Positions 52,083-64,000 of a stretch of 64,000 nt of DNA are shown in pieces. How positions within the stretch are numbered: position 1 is the first letter of the stretch; each line of letters starts with the position of its first letter. The translations under genes were made by a program, and so were the position numbers. Location: contig NC_086097.1 of NCBI RefSeq assembly GCF_963921235.1, positions 108,502,001-108,566,000 of the forward strand. Direction: 5' to 3'. The notes under the pieces were generated by a model. That model made no database searches. It had not been told where the DNA came from and saw only the letters and a list, made by a program, of their open reading frames with translations. The DNA comes from Mobula hypostoma (Eukaryota).

Positions 52083-52359
52083 TTTCCTGACCAATTGACC
52101 ATAGTAGTTGAAAGCTTTCTTCCTTACTCTCAGTCCCATGGATATTTGGTTGGCAAACCTCACTATCATGTCTCTTGAGTTTAAGTTATATCACAGGAAG
52201 TAGCACCAAGCACTGAGTCTGGAACTCCACTGGTAACAGTTTTCCAGTAACAAAACTCCCCTTCCTGTCTTCAACCAATCTCCAAGTCACTTTGCCACTT
52301 TTGGATCCCTTGGGCTTTTACTTTGTTTGACCAGCCTGCCAGATGGAATTTTTAAGGAG

Positions 52360-52805
52360 AAGCTCCCCCTCCCCCTCCCACTTTCAAATCTCTCACTAAC
52401 TCTTCTTTCAGTTAGTCCTTCATCAGGATCTCGGCCTGAAACGTCGACTGTACCTCTTCCTGGAGATGCTGCCTGGCCTGCTGCGTTCACCAGCAACTTT
52501 GATGTGTGTTGGTAAATGCAGGTTCTTTTTTAACATTTAAGAATAGATTGGACAGATACATGGATGGGAGGTGTATGGAAGGATATGGTCCTGTCTTCTC
52601 CTATCATTTTGGATCTCCCCCTCCCCCTCCCACTTTCAAATCTCTCACTAACTCTTCTTTCAGTTAGTTCTGACGAAGGGTCTCAGCCTGAAACGTTGAC
52701 TATACCTCTTCCTAGAGATGCTGCCTGGCCTGCTGCGTTCACCAGCAACTTTTATGTGTGTTGCTTGAATTTCCAGCATCTGCAGAATTCCTGTTGTTTG
52801 CGTTC
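52360..52805 (+). mobile_element. Tandem pair of PLE hammerhead modules separated by a CR1 tail scrap
   Basis: Direct repeats at 52363-52511 and 52590-52800; second core AGTT CTGACGA AGGGTCTCAGCCT GAAAC GTT GACT at 52666-52701. Confidence 0.85.
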
Positions 52806-53399
52806 CTAAAATTCATATCAATTACTTCAAATGAATGGAGCCTTATCAACACTCGTTACAACCGCAAAATTTCCAGTCAAATTCATCAGACAGAAACAAT
52901 TGTAATCTGGTTGTAGCTGATTAATTTATGTCTTTCTAAATCAGTTTAATACTTTTTCTTTGGAATCGATTCCAATAAGTTTCCTACCACTGAAGTGGAA
53001 TTAACTAACTTTTTAATTTTTCCGTTTCTTTCTTCTTCCTGACCTGTACAACAGCACAGTGTTATCAGTCCTCTGGCACCATTGCTATGGCCAAGATGAA
53101 ATCGGGAAAAAAAGCTTAGAGCTTTTTCAGTGCCCTCTCAATAGTTTGGCATGTATTTCAGTGAGGTTTGGCTATTTATCCACTTTCAGAGAAGCTCCCT
53201 TTTCCATTGTTTTTTTTAAATCCAATACTCCAGTACTTTAAATCTGTTCTTTAACTGCAGTGTAAGCATTAGACCCCAATTATGCCTCACATACCGTTTT
53301 ATGTTAATGGCCCCTAATGATTTGACCTCTCATTTTCTAGTTATTCTCTTTCCTGTAATGTCCTTTCAAGATTTTTCCAGAAATAATTCAGATGATATG

Positions 53400-53850
53400 T
53401 AGTTCAGTTGGTTGATGGTTGGGTTGAGTTGTTCCCTGATCTTGGCAATTTACTTGCAAATGTTTTGTCATCATGCAAGGAGACATTGTTAGTGTGCTGT
53501 TGATTGAGGTGTATCCAGCTAATGCTTGGCCTTTATATATTTTTCAATCAGCTGATTGGATGTCATTTTGGAAACTCAATTGTGATGTAGGGAGGAAATC
53601 CCGTCGCTGATTGGCTGTGCGGCAAGCTTTGTGCGTTCTGCTCCGGAAATTTGCCTGCATCAGTCTTCATGTTCATTTATGGAATTGCTCACGGAGAACC
53701 ATGCTTCTCGGAATTCTCTTGTGCTCACTTGCACCATGACTTTCACTGATGCCCAGTTGAATTTGTGTTCCTCTCGATCTTCATGGGAAGAGACTAGGGA
53801 GAGTTGGCCACGCTGCTTTACAGCCAGTTGATGGTCATGGATCCTTGATT
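53400..53850 (-). mobile_element. Second Penelope family (Poseidon-like) GIY-YIG 3' end
   Basis: Minus translation RIHDHQLAVKQRGQLSLVSSHEDREEHKFNWAS...REFREAWFS. Confidence 0.7.
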
Positions 53851-54887
53851 TTCTGATTTAATTTTGTTTCACTTGCTTTTATGCTTTCCTGCCTCACCTT
53901 TTTGGCTTCACTTACATATGTTCTTTATTCTTCTATGTGTTATGCATACTGAGTTCTCAGTGTAAATGGAAGCTTCTCACTTTTTTTGCTTTATTCTGCC
54001 CTTGATACATCAAGCCATCTTAGGGACTTTAGATTTAATGTTCCTAGTCTTTTTTTTGTGGAATGGTGCTTATCTCAGACCCCTTGAACCTCCTATTGCT
54101 CTTGAGATTGATTTAGTAAATGAGAATGAACAATAAAATCAGATGCCAGGATTCTGAAATGAAACTGAAAATGCTGGAAGTGCTCAGCAGATCGGGCAGC
54201 ATCTGTGGGATGAGGTTAATTTCAAAGGTAAAAGAAAAGTTAGTACATTGCGTCTCTGGACAAAAATACTTACCCTGCTTCTCTTCCTACAGATGCTGCC
54301 TGACATCTCAAGTGTTTTTAGGTTATCTTCTGTTTTTATGATAAAACAATAGCTGTAGTTCACTTCAGTTAAATCACTTGGTCCAGTAAAATTCACCTTG
54401 CCCCAATTTAGCACATTTACCCCAATTTTAACTTTGTCCTTTTCCATATAAATGGAACTGAATTTTGATTACTGGCACAAATTGCTCTGCCACCAGTAAT
54501 TCTGTCTACCTGCCCAACTTCTTTCCCTAAAACAAAGTCTGGAATTGCCACTCCATCGCCCTTCCCATCCTTTGGGTTTGCTGCATTATTGGTTAAAGAA
54601 ATTCTCCTGAATTAATTTTAGAAATCTGTTACCCACTATACCATTCATATCAACTCCAGCCCAGTTAACATTTGGTGAATTGAAATCTGTAATTATTATT
54701 GTCCTAATATTACCTAAATTTGCTGTTACTTCAGCTGCTTGGACATTTTTAGTACACTTCTCACATCTGATTGCATCAGTGAGAGTTCTTGTTCAACCCA
54801 ATGTAGCTTCCTTTTCGTTTCTAATCTTTTACTTCTATAGCCCTGTATTTCCCTGTTGCTGACCATAATCACAATTGTTTTTTTCAA

Positions 54888-55102
54888 ATTTTAATTTATT
54901 GAGATACAGTATGGAATAGGCCCTTCCGACCCATCAAGCCGTGCCACCCAGTAATCCCCCAATTTAATCCTAGCCTAACCTTGGGTCAATTTACAATGAC
55001 CTACCAACCCCTATGTCTTTGGACTGTGGGAGGAAACCTGAGCACCCAAAGGAAACCCACCCAGTCACGGGGAGAATGTACAAACTCCTTGCAGGCAGCA
55101 GT
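54888..55102 (-). mobile_element. V-SINE fragment
   Basis: tgtgggaggaaacctgagcacccaaaggaaacccac is the reverse complement of the V core. Confidence 0.8.
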
Positions 55103-55641
55103 GAGTTTTGCTCAGAAGAGGGAATTTTAAGAATATTTAATCCTTATAAAAATGTAATTCAACTTTATTCTGCCTGAATGTTATAAATATGCTTGTATGA
55201 TTTTTAAAAAATGTTTAAATGGAAACTTATTTGTTGATCATTCCAACATATCATACTATACCTGCAACAAACCATTATTTCTTCAACTAATATTGCCTCC
55301 TTACTCTTTTTCATCCTCTATCTGAAAACCCTGAAATCACGAATTTCAAGCTGTCAGTCCCATTCTCGTTTAATCAGTCACGTATAGTTATGGGAGATAG
55401 AGAAAAGGCATTGCGGGGGGGCATATGACATGGATAAGCCATTAGCTGTTTGGAAAACACAGCAGGCTCAAAGGGCTATGCTTCTGTCTCCTTCTCGTGG
55501 ACTGTTATCACCATCAGCTGAATAATTCTCACCTGAATTCTGATTTTTTAGCAGCTGTGCAGCAAGTGTCAGTCAATCTCTACCATCTGGTACAGTGGAC
55601 CAGAAGAGCAGTTTATTCAGAGGAGACCCTTTGTTTTGCAG

Positions 55642-55804
55642 GGCCGACCACCTGTATGTTTTCTTCGTACAGTGGTCTCCTGACATGTATGGCAATGAAT
55701 CCGGAGAGTCATCGAAGGAGCCAGGATTCATGGTTGCATCAAGGAACGAGGAGTCTGAAATGAGCGAGTGTTCCATCAATGAATCAACATTAAAAGATTG
55801 GGAG
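55642..55804 (+). CDS. OXR1: OXR1 coding exon
   Basis: Acceptor ttgttttgcag| and donor gag|gtaggt; 163 nt, phase 2 to 0; ADHLYVFFVQWSPDMYG...EPGFMV...KDWE. Confidence 0.94.
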
Positions 55805-56229
55805 GTAGGTATTTTCTTGTCTTTGTTTGGAAAGCTACACTGAAATAATCATATTGTGATTTTTAAATCCCTGCATGCTTTTATTTTATAACAACTTGCT
55901 TGTGGGTGTACTTCCAGTGTTTCATGCCAGTGATCATCTAGAAAGCCAAGTTGCTTCATTTCTGGTATTGTATTGTCTGTGAATTTGTATTCTCCATATG
56001 TTTCCTTCTGCCCTCTGATCTGTTACCTCTGTGGATCAATATTGTATGCCGAATATATGGACAATTTTAAGATTTTAAATTCTTATAAATATCTGACCTG
56101 ACCCAGTCTGCCTGTGATTGTATAAATATGTTTGTATGGTTAAAAACAGTAAGTTGGCTTAACTGGAGCAGAGGCTGATTGAATAACCTGCTTTCCAGTG
56201 GGCAGGTTAGTAATTTAATAGGATTCTGT

Positions 56230-57570
56230 GCCAGGAGAAATTGTCTGCTATGAGTATTAAGGAAAAATGTTGGAAGTCAGGGAACCTCACAGTCTCCCTG
56301 ATGATGATATCTATGGGAAGTCCACCCAGCTGCAGCTACTGACAAATCAAGTGAAGGAATTGGAGCTGGATGTATCCTGGATCATCTGACATTCTGTGGA
56401 TATCATAGGTGAGAGCTTTAGTGAGGTGGTCATACCTCAGGTGCAGGTCACAGATAGACGGGTGACTGCCTGGAGTAGTAAGGGGAGTAGGTAGACAGAG
56501 CTGGATTCCCCTGACTAACAGGAATACCCTTTTGGATACTGTGGCTGGAGGAATGACCTTTCAGAGGCCAGCACCACCAGCTGGGTTAGTTAGTGCCACA
56601 CTGTCCAGCTCTGAGGCCAAAAAAGGGAAGGGTGAAGTCAGGCAGAGAGATAGTGATGAGACCCAATAGTAAGGATGCAGGTAGGGGTTTCTGTGGCTGT
56701 AGTCAAGACTCCAGGGATAGTGTGTTGCCTCACAGTGGATACAGGACATTCTGAGAGGGGAGAGCATGTGGCCAGAGGTCATGGTCCATTTAGGTACCAA
56801 TGACATAGGCAGGAGCAGGGATGAAGTCCCACAAAGGGATCATAGGGAACTAAGCAGAAAGTTAAATGCCAAGAATTCTGGGGTTGAATTCTCCGGATTA
56901 TTCCTAATACCCTTGGCCAGCGAGGTGGGAAATAGATGCGCAGTGCAGTTCAAAATGTGGCTAAGGAGCTGGTGCAGGACGGAGGGCTTCAGATTAATAG
57001 TTCATTGTGCTCTCTTCCATGGCAGGTGAGACCTGTACGAAGAAGGTGGTTTGTATCCGAATTAGAAGAGAACTAATATCCTCGGTAGGAGTTTTGCTGG
57101 TGGTGGGACTGAAGAGCTGAAATGTATTTATTTCAGTGCTGTGGATAAGGAGCGTGAACTTGCAGCCTGCATCAGTACATGGAATTACTATGTCTTTACC
57201 ACTATGGAGACCTGGTTGTGTGAGGGATGGGACTGGTAACTCGATGGTCTTGAGTTTCATTGTTTTACACATGATAGAGGGGGAAGGTAGAGGAGGTGGA
57301 GAGGTTGCACTACAGATAAGGGAGAATGCAACAGCAGTGCTCAGAGGTGACACACTGAAGGACTCATCCACCTGGGCAATTTGGGTAGAGCTCAGAACCA
57401 ATAAAGGTGCAGTTATGCTGATAGGATGATACTGTGGGCTCCCCAATAGCCACCGAGTGGTGGAGGAACAGATAGGTAGACAGATTATGGAAAGGTGCAG
57501 AAGCAACAGGGTTGTCACCATGAGGGACTTTAACTTCCCCAGAATGGACTGGAATATCCTTAATACTAGG
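56230..57570 (+). mobile_element. Old CR1 5' part (ORF1 esterase and start of APE)
   Basis: PEVMVHLGTNDIGR; GRGGGEVALQIRE...IWVELR. Confidence 0.8.
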
Positions 57571-57984
57571 AAGGTTAGAAGAAATGGGAATCTTGGGTGA
57601 ACCGAAAGGTCTTAACTTTAGTCAACAAGGCCCCTGTAATGGGAACAACTTAGTAATTCCATGTTCTGATCCAGGCTCTAAGTTCATCCTCCTTATCCAT
57701 AATGCTCCTAGCGGTGAAATTTGAGCCCATCAGTCCCACCACATTTTTTCAGCCTACCAATTTTTGTCCTTCCTTTCAGTCTTACTTTTCTCTCTGTAAG
57801 ATTGAGGAAGCTAAAACCAGACCGGACCCAGGGCAATAAAAGGTTAGTTGGGAAGTGCTCAAGCAGGCAGTTAAGAAGGCCAAAAGGGGCATTGCAATGT
57901 CCTTGGCGAACAAGATCAAGGAAAATCCCAAGGCCTTTTATTATTATATATTAAGAAAAAGAGGATAACTCTCAAGATGATATA

Positions 57985-60160
57985 CAGTCGAAGTCAGAAG
58001 CTTACATACACCTTGGCCAAATACATTTAAACTTAGTTTTTCACAATTCCTGACATTTAATCCTAGAATCCTAGAAATTGTAATGGGAGATAAGGAGATG
58101 GCGGAGGAACTGAACGAGTATTTTGCATCAGTCTTCACTGAGGAAGACATCATCAGTATACCGGACACTCAAGGGTGGCAGGGAAGAGAAGTGTGCGCAG
58201 TCACAATTACGACAGAGGAAGTACTCAGGAAGCTGAATAGTCTAAAGGTAGATAAATCTCCCAGACCAGATGGAATGCACCCTCGTGTTCTGAAGGAAGT
58301 AGCTGTGGAGATTACGGAGGCATTAGCACTAATCTTTCAAAAGTCGATAGATTCTGGCATGGTTCCGGAATGTCACTCCGCTATTTAAGAAGGGGGCAAG
58401 GAAGCAAAAAGGAAATTATAGACCTGTTAGCTTGACATCGGTGGTTGGGAAGTTGTTGGAGTCAATTGTCTAGGATGAGGTTACGGAGTACCTGGAGGCA
58501 TATGACAAGATAGGCAGAAGTCAGCATGGTTTCCTTAAAGGAAAATCCTGCCTGACAAACCTATTACAATTTTTTGAGGAAATTACAAGTAGGCTAGACA
58601 AAGGAGATGCAGTGGATGTCGTATATTTGGATTTTCAGAAGGCCTTTGACAAGGTGCCACACATGAGGCTACTTAACAAGATAAGAGCCCATGGAATTAC
58701 AGGAAAGTTACATACGTGGATAGAGCGTTGGCTGATTGGCAGGAAACAGAGAGTGAGAATAAAGGGATCCTATTCTGGTTGGTTGCCGGTTACCAGTGGT
58801 GTTCCACAGGGGTCCGTGTTGGGGCTGCTTCTTTTTACGTTGTACATCAACGATTTGGATTATGGAGTAGATGGCTGGCTTTGTGCCTAAGTTTACTGAT
58901 GATACAAAGATAGGTGGAGGTAGTGTAGGTAGTGCTGAGGAAACAGGGAGTCTGCAGAGAGACTTGGATAGATTGGAAGAATGGGCAAAGAAGTGGCAAA
59001 TGAAATACAATGTTGGAAATTGTATGGTTATGCACTTTGGCAGAAGAAATAAATGGGCAGACCATTATTTAAATGGGGAGAGAATTCAAAGTTTTGAGAT
59101 GCAATGGGACTTGGGAGTCCTCGTGCAGGATACCCTTAAGCTTAACCTCCAGGCTGAGTCGGTGGTGAAGAAGGCGAATGCAATGTTGGCATTCATTTCT
59201 AGAGGAATAGAGTACAGGAGCAGGAATGTGATGCTGAGGCTCTATAAGGTGCTGGTAAGACCTCACTTGGAGTACTGTGGGCAGTTTTGGTCTCCTTATT
59301 TAAGAAAGGATGTGCTGACATTGGAGAGGGTACAGAGAAGATTCACTAGAATGATTCCAGAATTGAGAGGGTTAACATATGAGGAACGTTTGTTCACTCT
59401 TGGACTGTATTCCTTGGAGTTTAGAAGAATGAGAGGGGACCTCATAGAAACATTTCGAACGTAGAAAGCCATGGACAGAGTGGATGTGGCAAAGTTGTTT
59501 CCCATGATGGGGGAGTCTAGTACGAGAGGTCATGACTTAAGGATTGAAGGGCGCCCATTCAGAACAGAGATGTGAAGAAATTTTTTTAGCCAGAGGGTGG
59601 TGAATCTATGGAATTTGTTGCCACGGGCAGCAGTGGAGGCCAAGTCATTGGGTGTATTTAAGGCAGAGATTGATAGGTATCTGAGAAGACAGGGCATCAA
59701 AAGTTATGGTGAGAAGGTGGGGGAGTGAGGCTAAATAGGAGAATGGATCAGCTCCTGATAAAATGGCGGAGCAGACTCGATGGGCCAAATGGCCGACTTC
59801 TGTTCCTTTGTCTTATGGTCTTATGGTCTCAAACATTCCCTGTCTTAGGTCAGTTAGGATCACTACTTTATTTTAAGAATGTGAAATGTCAGAATAGTAG
59901 TAGAGACAATGATTTATTTCAGCTTTTATTTCTTTCGTCACTTTCCCAGTGGGTCAGAAGTTTAGATACACTTTGTTAGTATTTGGTAGCATTGCCTTTA
60001 AATTGTTTAACTTTGGTCAAATGTTTTGGGTAGCCTTCCACAAGCTTCGCACAGTAAGTTGCTGGAATTTTGTTCCATTCCTCCAGACAGAACTGGTATA
60101 ACTGAGTCAGGTTTGTAGGCCTCCTTGCTCGCACACGCTTTTTCAGTTCTGCCCACAATA
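57985..60160 (-). mobile_element. Sleeping Beauty-like Tc1 3' fragment; right IR/DR split by a CR1
   Basis: TA-CAGTCGAAGTCAGAAGCTTACATACAC outer DR (arm 57985-58066); IR resumes at 59831 with inner DR cccagtgggtcagaagtttagatacac; minus LWAELKKRVRARRPTNLTQL...KQFKGNATKY*. Confidence 0.92.
58067..59830 (+). mobile_element. 5'-truncated CR1 LINE (RT)
   Basis: [27 protein letters not shown]; (tatggtc)n tail. Confidence 0.93.
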
Positions 60161-60170
60161 TCAGAATGGG

Positions 60171-60697
60171 TCTGATATGTCTGTCCACGGCCTCCTCTAC
60201 TGCCAAGGTGAAGCCACACTCAGGTTGGAGGAACACACCTTATATTCCGTCTGGGTAGCCTCCAACCTGATGGCATGAACATTGACTTCTCAAACTACCG
60301 CTAATGCCCCACCTCCCCCTTGTACCCCATCCGTTATTTATTTATATACACACATTCTTTCTCTCTCTCTCCTTTTTCTCCCTCTGTCCTTCTCACTATA
60401 CCCCTTGCCCATCTTCTGGGTTCCCCCCCTCCCCCTTTTCTTTCTCCCTGGGCCTCCTGTCCCATGATCCTCTCATATCCCTTTTGCCAATCAACTGTCC
60501 AGCTCTTGGCTCCATCCTTCCGCCTCCTGTCTTCTATCATTTTGGATCTCCCCCTTCTCCCTCCCACTTTCAAATCTCTTACTAGCTTTTCCTTCAGTTA
60601 GTCCTGACGAAGGGTCTTGGCCCGAAACGTCGACTGTACCTCTTCCTAGAGATGCTGCCTGGCCTGCTACGTTCACCAGCAATTTTGATGTGTGTTG
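60171..60697 (+). mobile_element. Young PLE 3' fragment
   Basis: Near-identical to 46190-46707; ends in tgtgtgttg. Confidence 0.88.
60600..60636 (+). ncRNA. Minimal type I hammerhead ribozyme motif
   Basis: AGTC CTGACGA A GGGT CTTG GCCC GAAAC GTC^GACTG; predicted cut after 60631. Confidence 0.8.
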
Positions 60698-60759
60698 CCT
60701 GGATATTATCTACGGTCGTGGACATTTGAGGCATTTGAAATGCTTTCTTGTGGTAGGTT

Positions 60760-62445
60760 GATTCAGAACAAATAGATGCATGAGTTCTGGGGTGATTGCA
60801 AATTCAGATTCAGGACTGGCTTACCTATAGAAGACAGAGAATACAGTTGGAAGGCTGTAATTCTGATGAGAGGTGTTCCACAAGGATCAGTACTGGGAAC
60901 TCTGTTGTTTATAGAAACATAGAAAATAGGTGCAGGAGTAGGCCATTCGGCCCTTCGAGCCTGCACCGCCATTTATTATGATCATGGCTGATCATCCAAC
61001 TCAGAACCCAGCCTTCCCTCCATACCCCCTGACCCCTGCAGCCACAAGGGCCATATCTAACTTCCTTTTAAACATAGCTAATGAACTGGCCTCAACAGTT
61101 TGCTGTGGCAGAGAATTCCACAGATTCACCACTCTCTGTGTGAAGAAGTTTTTCCTAACCTCGGTCCTAAAAGGCTTCCCCTCTATCCTCAAACTGTGAC
61201 CCCTCGTTCTAGACCTCCCCAACATCGGGAACAATCTTCCTGCATCTAGCCTGTCCAATCCCTTTAGGATCTTATACGTTTCAATCAGATCCCCCCTCAA
61301 TCTTCTAAATTCCAACGAGTACAAGCCCAGTTCATCCAGTCTTTCTTCATATGAAAGACCTGCCATCCCAGGAATCAATCTGGTGAACCTTCTTTGTACT
61401 CCCTCTATGGCAAAGATGTCTTTCCTCAGATTAGGGGACCAAAACTGCACACAATACTCCAGGTGTGGTCTCACCAAGGCCTTGTACAACTGCAGTAGAA
61501 CTGTATGATCTGTATGATTTCGATAAGAGTGTAGGTCGGTGGATTAGCAAGTTTACAGATGACATCAAGGTTGGTGGAGTAGTGGACTGTGTAAAGACTA
61601 TCAAAGAACACAGCGGAATATAGATCTGTCACAGATGTGAGCAGGGAGAGGTAGATGAACCTTAATCTGGGCAGGTGTGAGATATTGCACTTTGAAAGGT
61701 CAAAAGAAAGAAGAAAGTATACAATTACTTCTAGACCTTTTGATAGTATTAAGGTACAGAAGGATGTTGGGGTCAAGGTGGATTGTTCACTGAAAGTGGT
61801 TATGTATGTTGATAAGGCTTACATAGGTGTAGGCATGCTTACATTCATTGGTAAGGATATTGAGCAGAAAGGTAACGAAGTCATGCTGCAGCTTGACTTC
61901 CAGATGTGCAGATAAAAGCAGTCAGACTGCACTTGGCAAATGTACTATGTGCAGTTCTGCACACCCTGTTATAGAAATATGTAAACACTGTGGAAAGGGT
62001 GCAGAAGAGGATGCTTCCTGGATTAAAGAGTATGAGCTATATGGAACATTTGGACAAACTTGGGCTCTTTTCCCTAGTGTGTCGGATGCTGAAGGGAGAC
62101 CTGATAAAGGTTTGTACAATTATGAGAGGTATATTAGGGTAGATGGTCCGAATCTTCTCCCCAGGGTAGAAATGTCAAGTACCTGAGGGCGTGCCTTTAA
62201 TGCTGGAGGGAGAGGAACTTAAGACAATGTGAGGGGCAATTTTTTCATGTAGAGAGTGGTCAGAGCCTGGAATGGGTTACCAGGGATAGTCATGGAAGCA
62301 GGCAGTTTGGTAGAGTCTAAGTGGTTTAAACACAAAGGGAATGGAGGGATATGGATAACACACAGGAGGATATTTAGTGTAAATTGGCATCAACATCAGC
62401 ATTGCCTGTATGGCCTGTCCAGTACTGCACCCTTCTATGTTGTAT
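60760..62445 (+). mobile_element. Old CR1 RT/3' fragment interrupted by a younger CR1
   Basis: gttccacaaggatcagtactggga, KFTDDIK and CEILHFER remnants. Confidence 0.75.
60912..61497 (-). mobile_element. Young CR1 3' fragment (subfamily of 26062-27750)
   Basis: Open ORF LYKALVRPHLEYCVQFWSPNLRKD...; tail tagaaacatagaaa. Confidence 0.93.
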
Positions 62446-62875
62446 GAAAATATCTCTCTTGTGAAGGATGAGCCATAGAAAAGTACAGCACAGAAACAGG
62501 CCTTTTGGGTCATCTAGTCCATGCTGAACCATTTAAACTGCCTACTCCCATCAACCTGCACCGAGACCATAGCCCTCCATAACCCTACCATCCATGTACC
62601 CATCCAAACTTCTCTTACTGAGTGATGGAATAGTTACAAGGGACTAAGTAATCCACTCCTACTCCTGTTCTGATTAAAGAAATCATTCTTTGTATCTGCT
62701 GTCTTCCCATATCCTTAGATCTTCTCCAAGCTGAGGCCTGGTCTCTTGTTTCCCCCCTACCCCTCACCTCACAGTCTCTCCTATGACTTCACCCTTTCCT
62801 CTGCACCTTAATGCACTCCCTTACTGCAAACCTTGAGTGACAAAAAACAGCATTTCAGCTTTCCAGCAATTATTG

Positions 62876-63135
62876 GGTGCCATGGTAGCTCTGTGGTCAG
62901 TGCGTTGTTACGCCTCGGGGCATTGGAGTTCAGAGTTCATTTCCAGCAGGATTCTGTAAGGAAGTTTGTGTGTTCTTCCCATGTGCACATCTGGGTGCTC
63001 CAGTTTCCTCCCACAGTCCAAAGACATAACAATAGGTTAATTGGTCATTGTAAATTGTCCTAGGGTTAAATCGGTGGATTACTGGGTGGCATAGCTCGGT
63101 GGGCCAGAAGGCCCTGTTTCTCTAAATAAAATAAA
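62876..63135 (+). mobile_element. V-SINE
   Basis: gggtgctccagtttcctcccacagtccaaagac core and aaataaaataaa tail. Confidence 0.75.
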
Positions 63136-64000
63136 AGATTCACCATCACCATCCCTCCCCATCTCCGCTCTATATATTGTGGTGTTTGTGATGTGTTGTT
63201 ACTGTGAACATCGCGTTTCTTTGCAAATGGCACAAAGTATTGGTGAAAGATGAAATGTTTGCAGTTTGAAACGAGATTAACTGTTAGTTGCTGGTTGTCT
63301 TTGCTCTTTGGGGGATGTATAATGGGTACCATTTCATTTGGGTTGTTGATAGTAATGGACTTGATGTTTTGCCAGTTGAATTCTGAGATATGTCAGTATT
63401 AAATTGGAGAACTGCCAACCGTAAATCCCAAAAATCAGTGTTGGAATCCATTCTAGAAAATCACTGAAATAGCTCTAATACGTGGCAGAGCTATTCTTCA
63501 TGTATGACATCCCAAAAGTTCAGTTTCTTGCAGAAACACTATTTTTAAAAATTATTTCTATGTGTGTGTCATTGGATATTTGGGAGCCCAATTACGAATG
63601 TGTATGAAAAAATTATAAGTAAGTTATATAAATATAAGAAATGGCAATCAGGTAAAGAATTGGTACATTGAATCTTCGTAATCGCTGGAGCATCATGACC
63701 AGACATCTGCCCAACTATTTCTTGGTGGCATTACTCTGTTGGTGGTGGCAAGCAAAGGAAGTTGTAATACATAGGCAAAAACAAATTGGACCGTGCTTTA
63801 GCCCGTTTAGGCAATCAAACCAGAATCTCATAGACTGGATGTTACCCAGATAACTACATGATAAAATCTCTTTCCACATCAAGAACAAATAAAGGTCCTC
63901 TATTCCAAAGGCTCAGGGCCGTCTGGGAGAAGAAGAACTAACTGTCCAACATCAAGTATTCCCTTATTCTGGTACAATTTAAATTTGAGCAAGACTATTA

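Noticed and set aside
3903..55804. NCOA7 as the gene identity
   Set aside because: Motifs VSGVLLVTPNN, STAPRSTEESLSEDVFTESELSP and LRKLWKTHTMQQ fit OXR1.

Overview
Eukaryotic genomic DNA, most likely a cartilaginous fish (elasmobranch, probably a ray; inferred from the CR1/V-SINE/Penelope repertoire). The window lies inside one + strand gene, OXR1. Four coding exons are recoverable with GT-AG sites and matching phases: 3903-4087, 12105-12883, 31594-31762 and 55642-55804. The LysM-side and TLDc exons were not found in the window. The introns are packed with often nested transposable elements: Penelope-like elements (PLEs), many CR1 LINEs, Rex/Babar, RTE and HERO fragments, V-SINEs, an internally deleted Gypsy LTR element, three Tc1 elements (one Sleeping Beauty-like), a Tigger fragment, a Chapaev3 derivative and hAT elements/MITEs. 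The most notable structure is a PLE-derived module of about 150 bp, present in about 14 copies, carrying a minimal type I hammerhead ribozyme motif (AGTC-CTGANGA-AGGGTCTCGGCCY-GAAAC-GTH-GACTG). It occurs singly, in tandem, and in short inverted-arm insertions with 13-14 bp target-site duplications. Other leads: a Sleeping Beauty-like element (possible horizontal transfer), a candidate 42-nt in-frame OXR1 cassette exon, a stop/poly(A) signal just after the large exon, and a possible recursive splice site. All family calls come from motif recognition by eye; no searches were run, and boundaries of old repeats are approximate.
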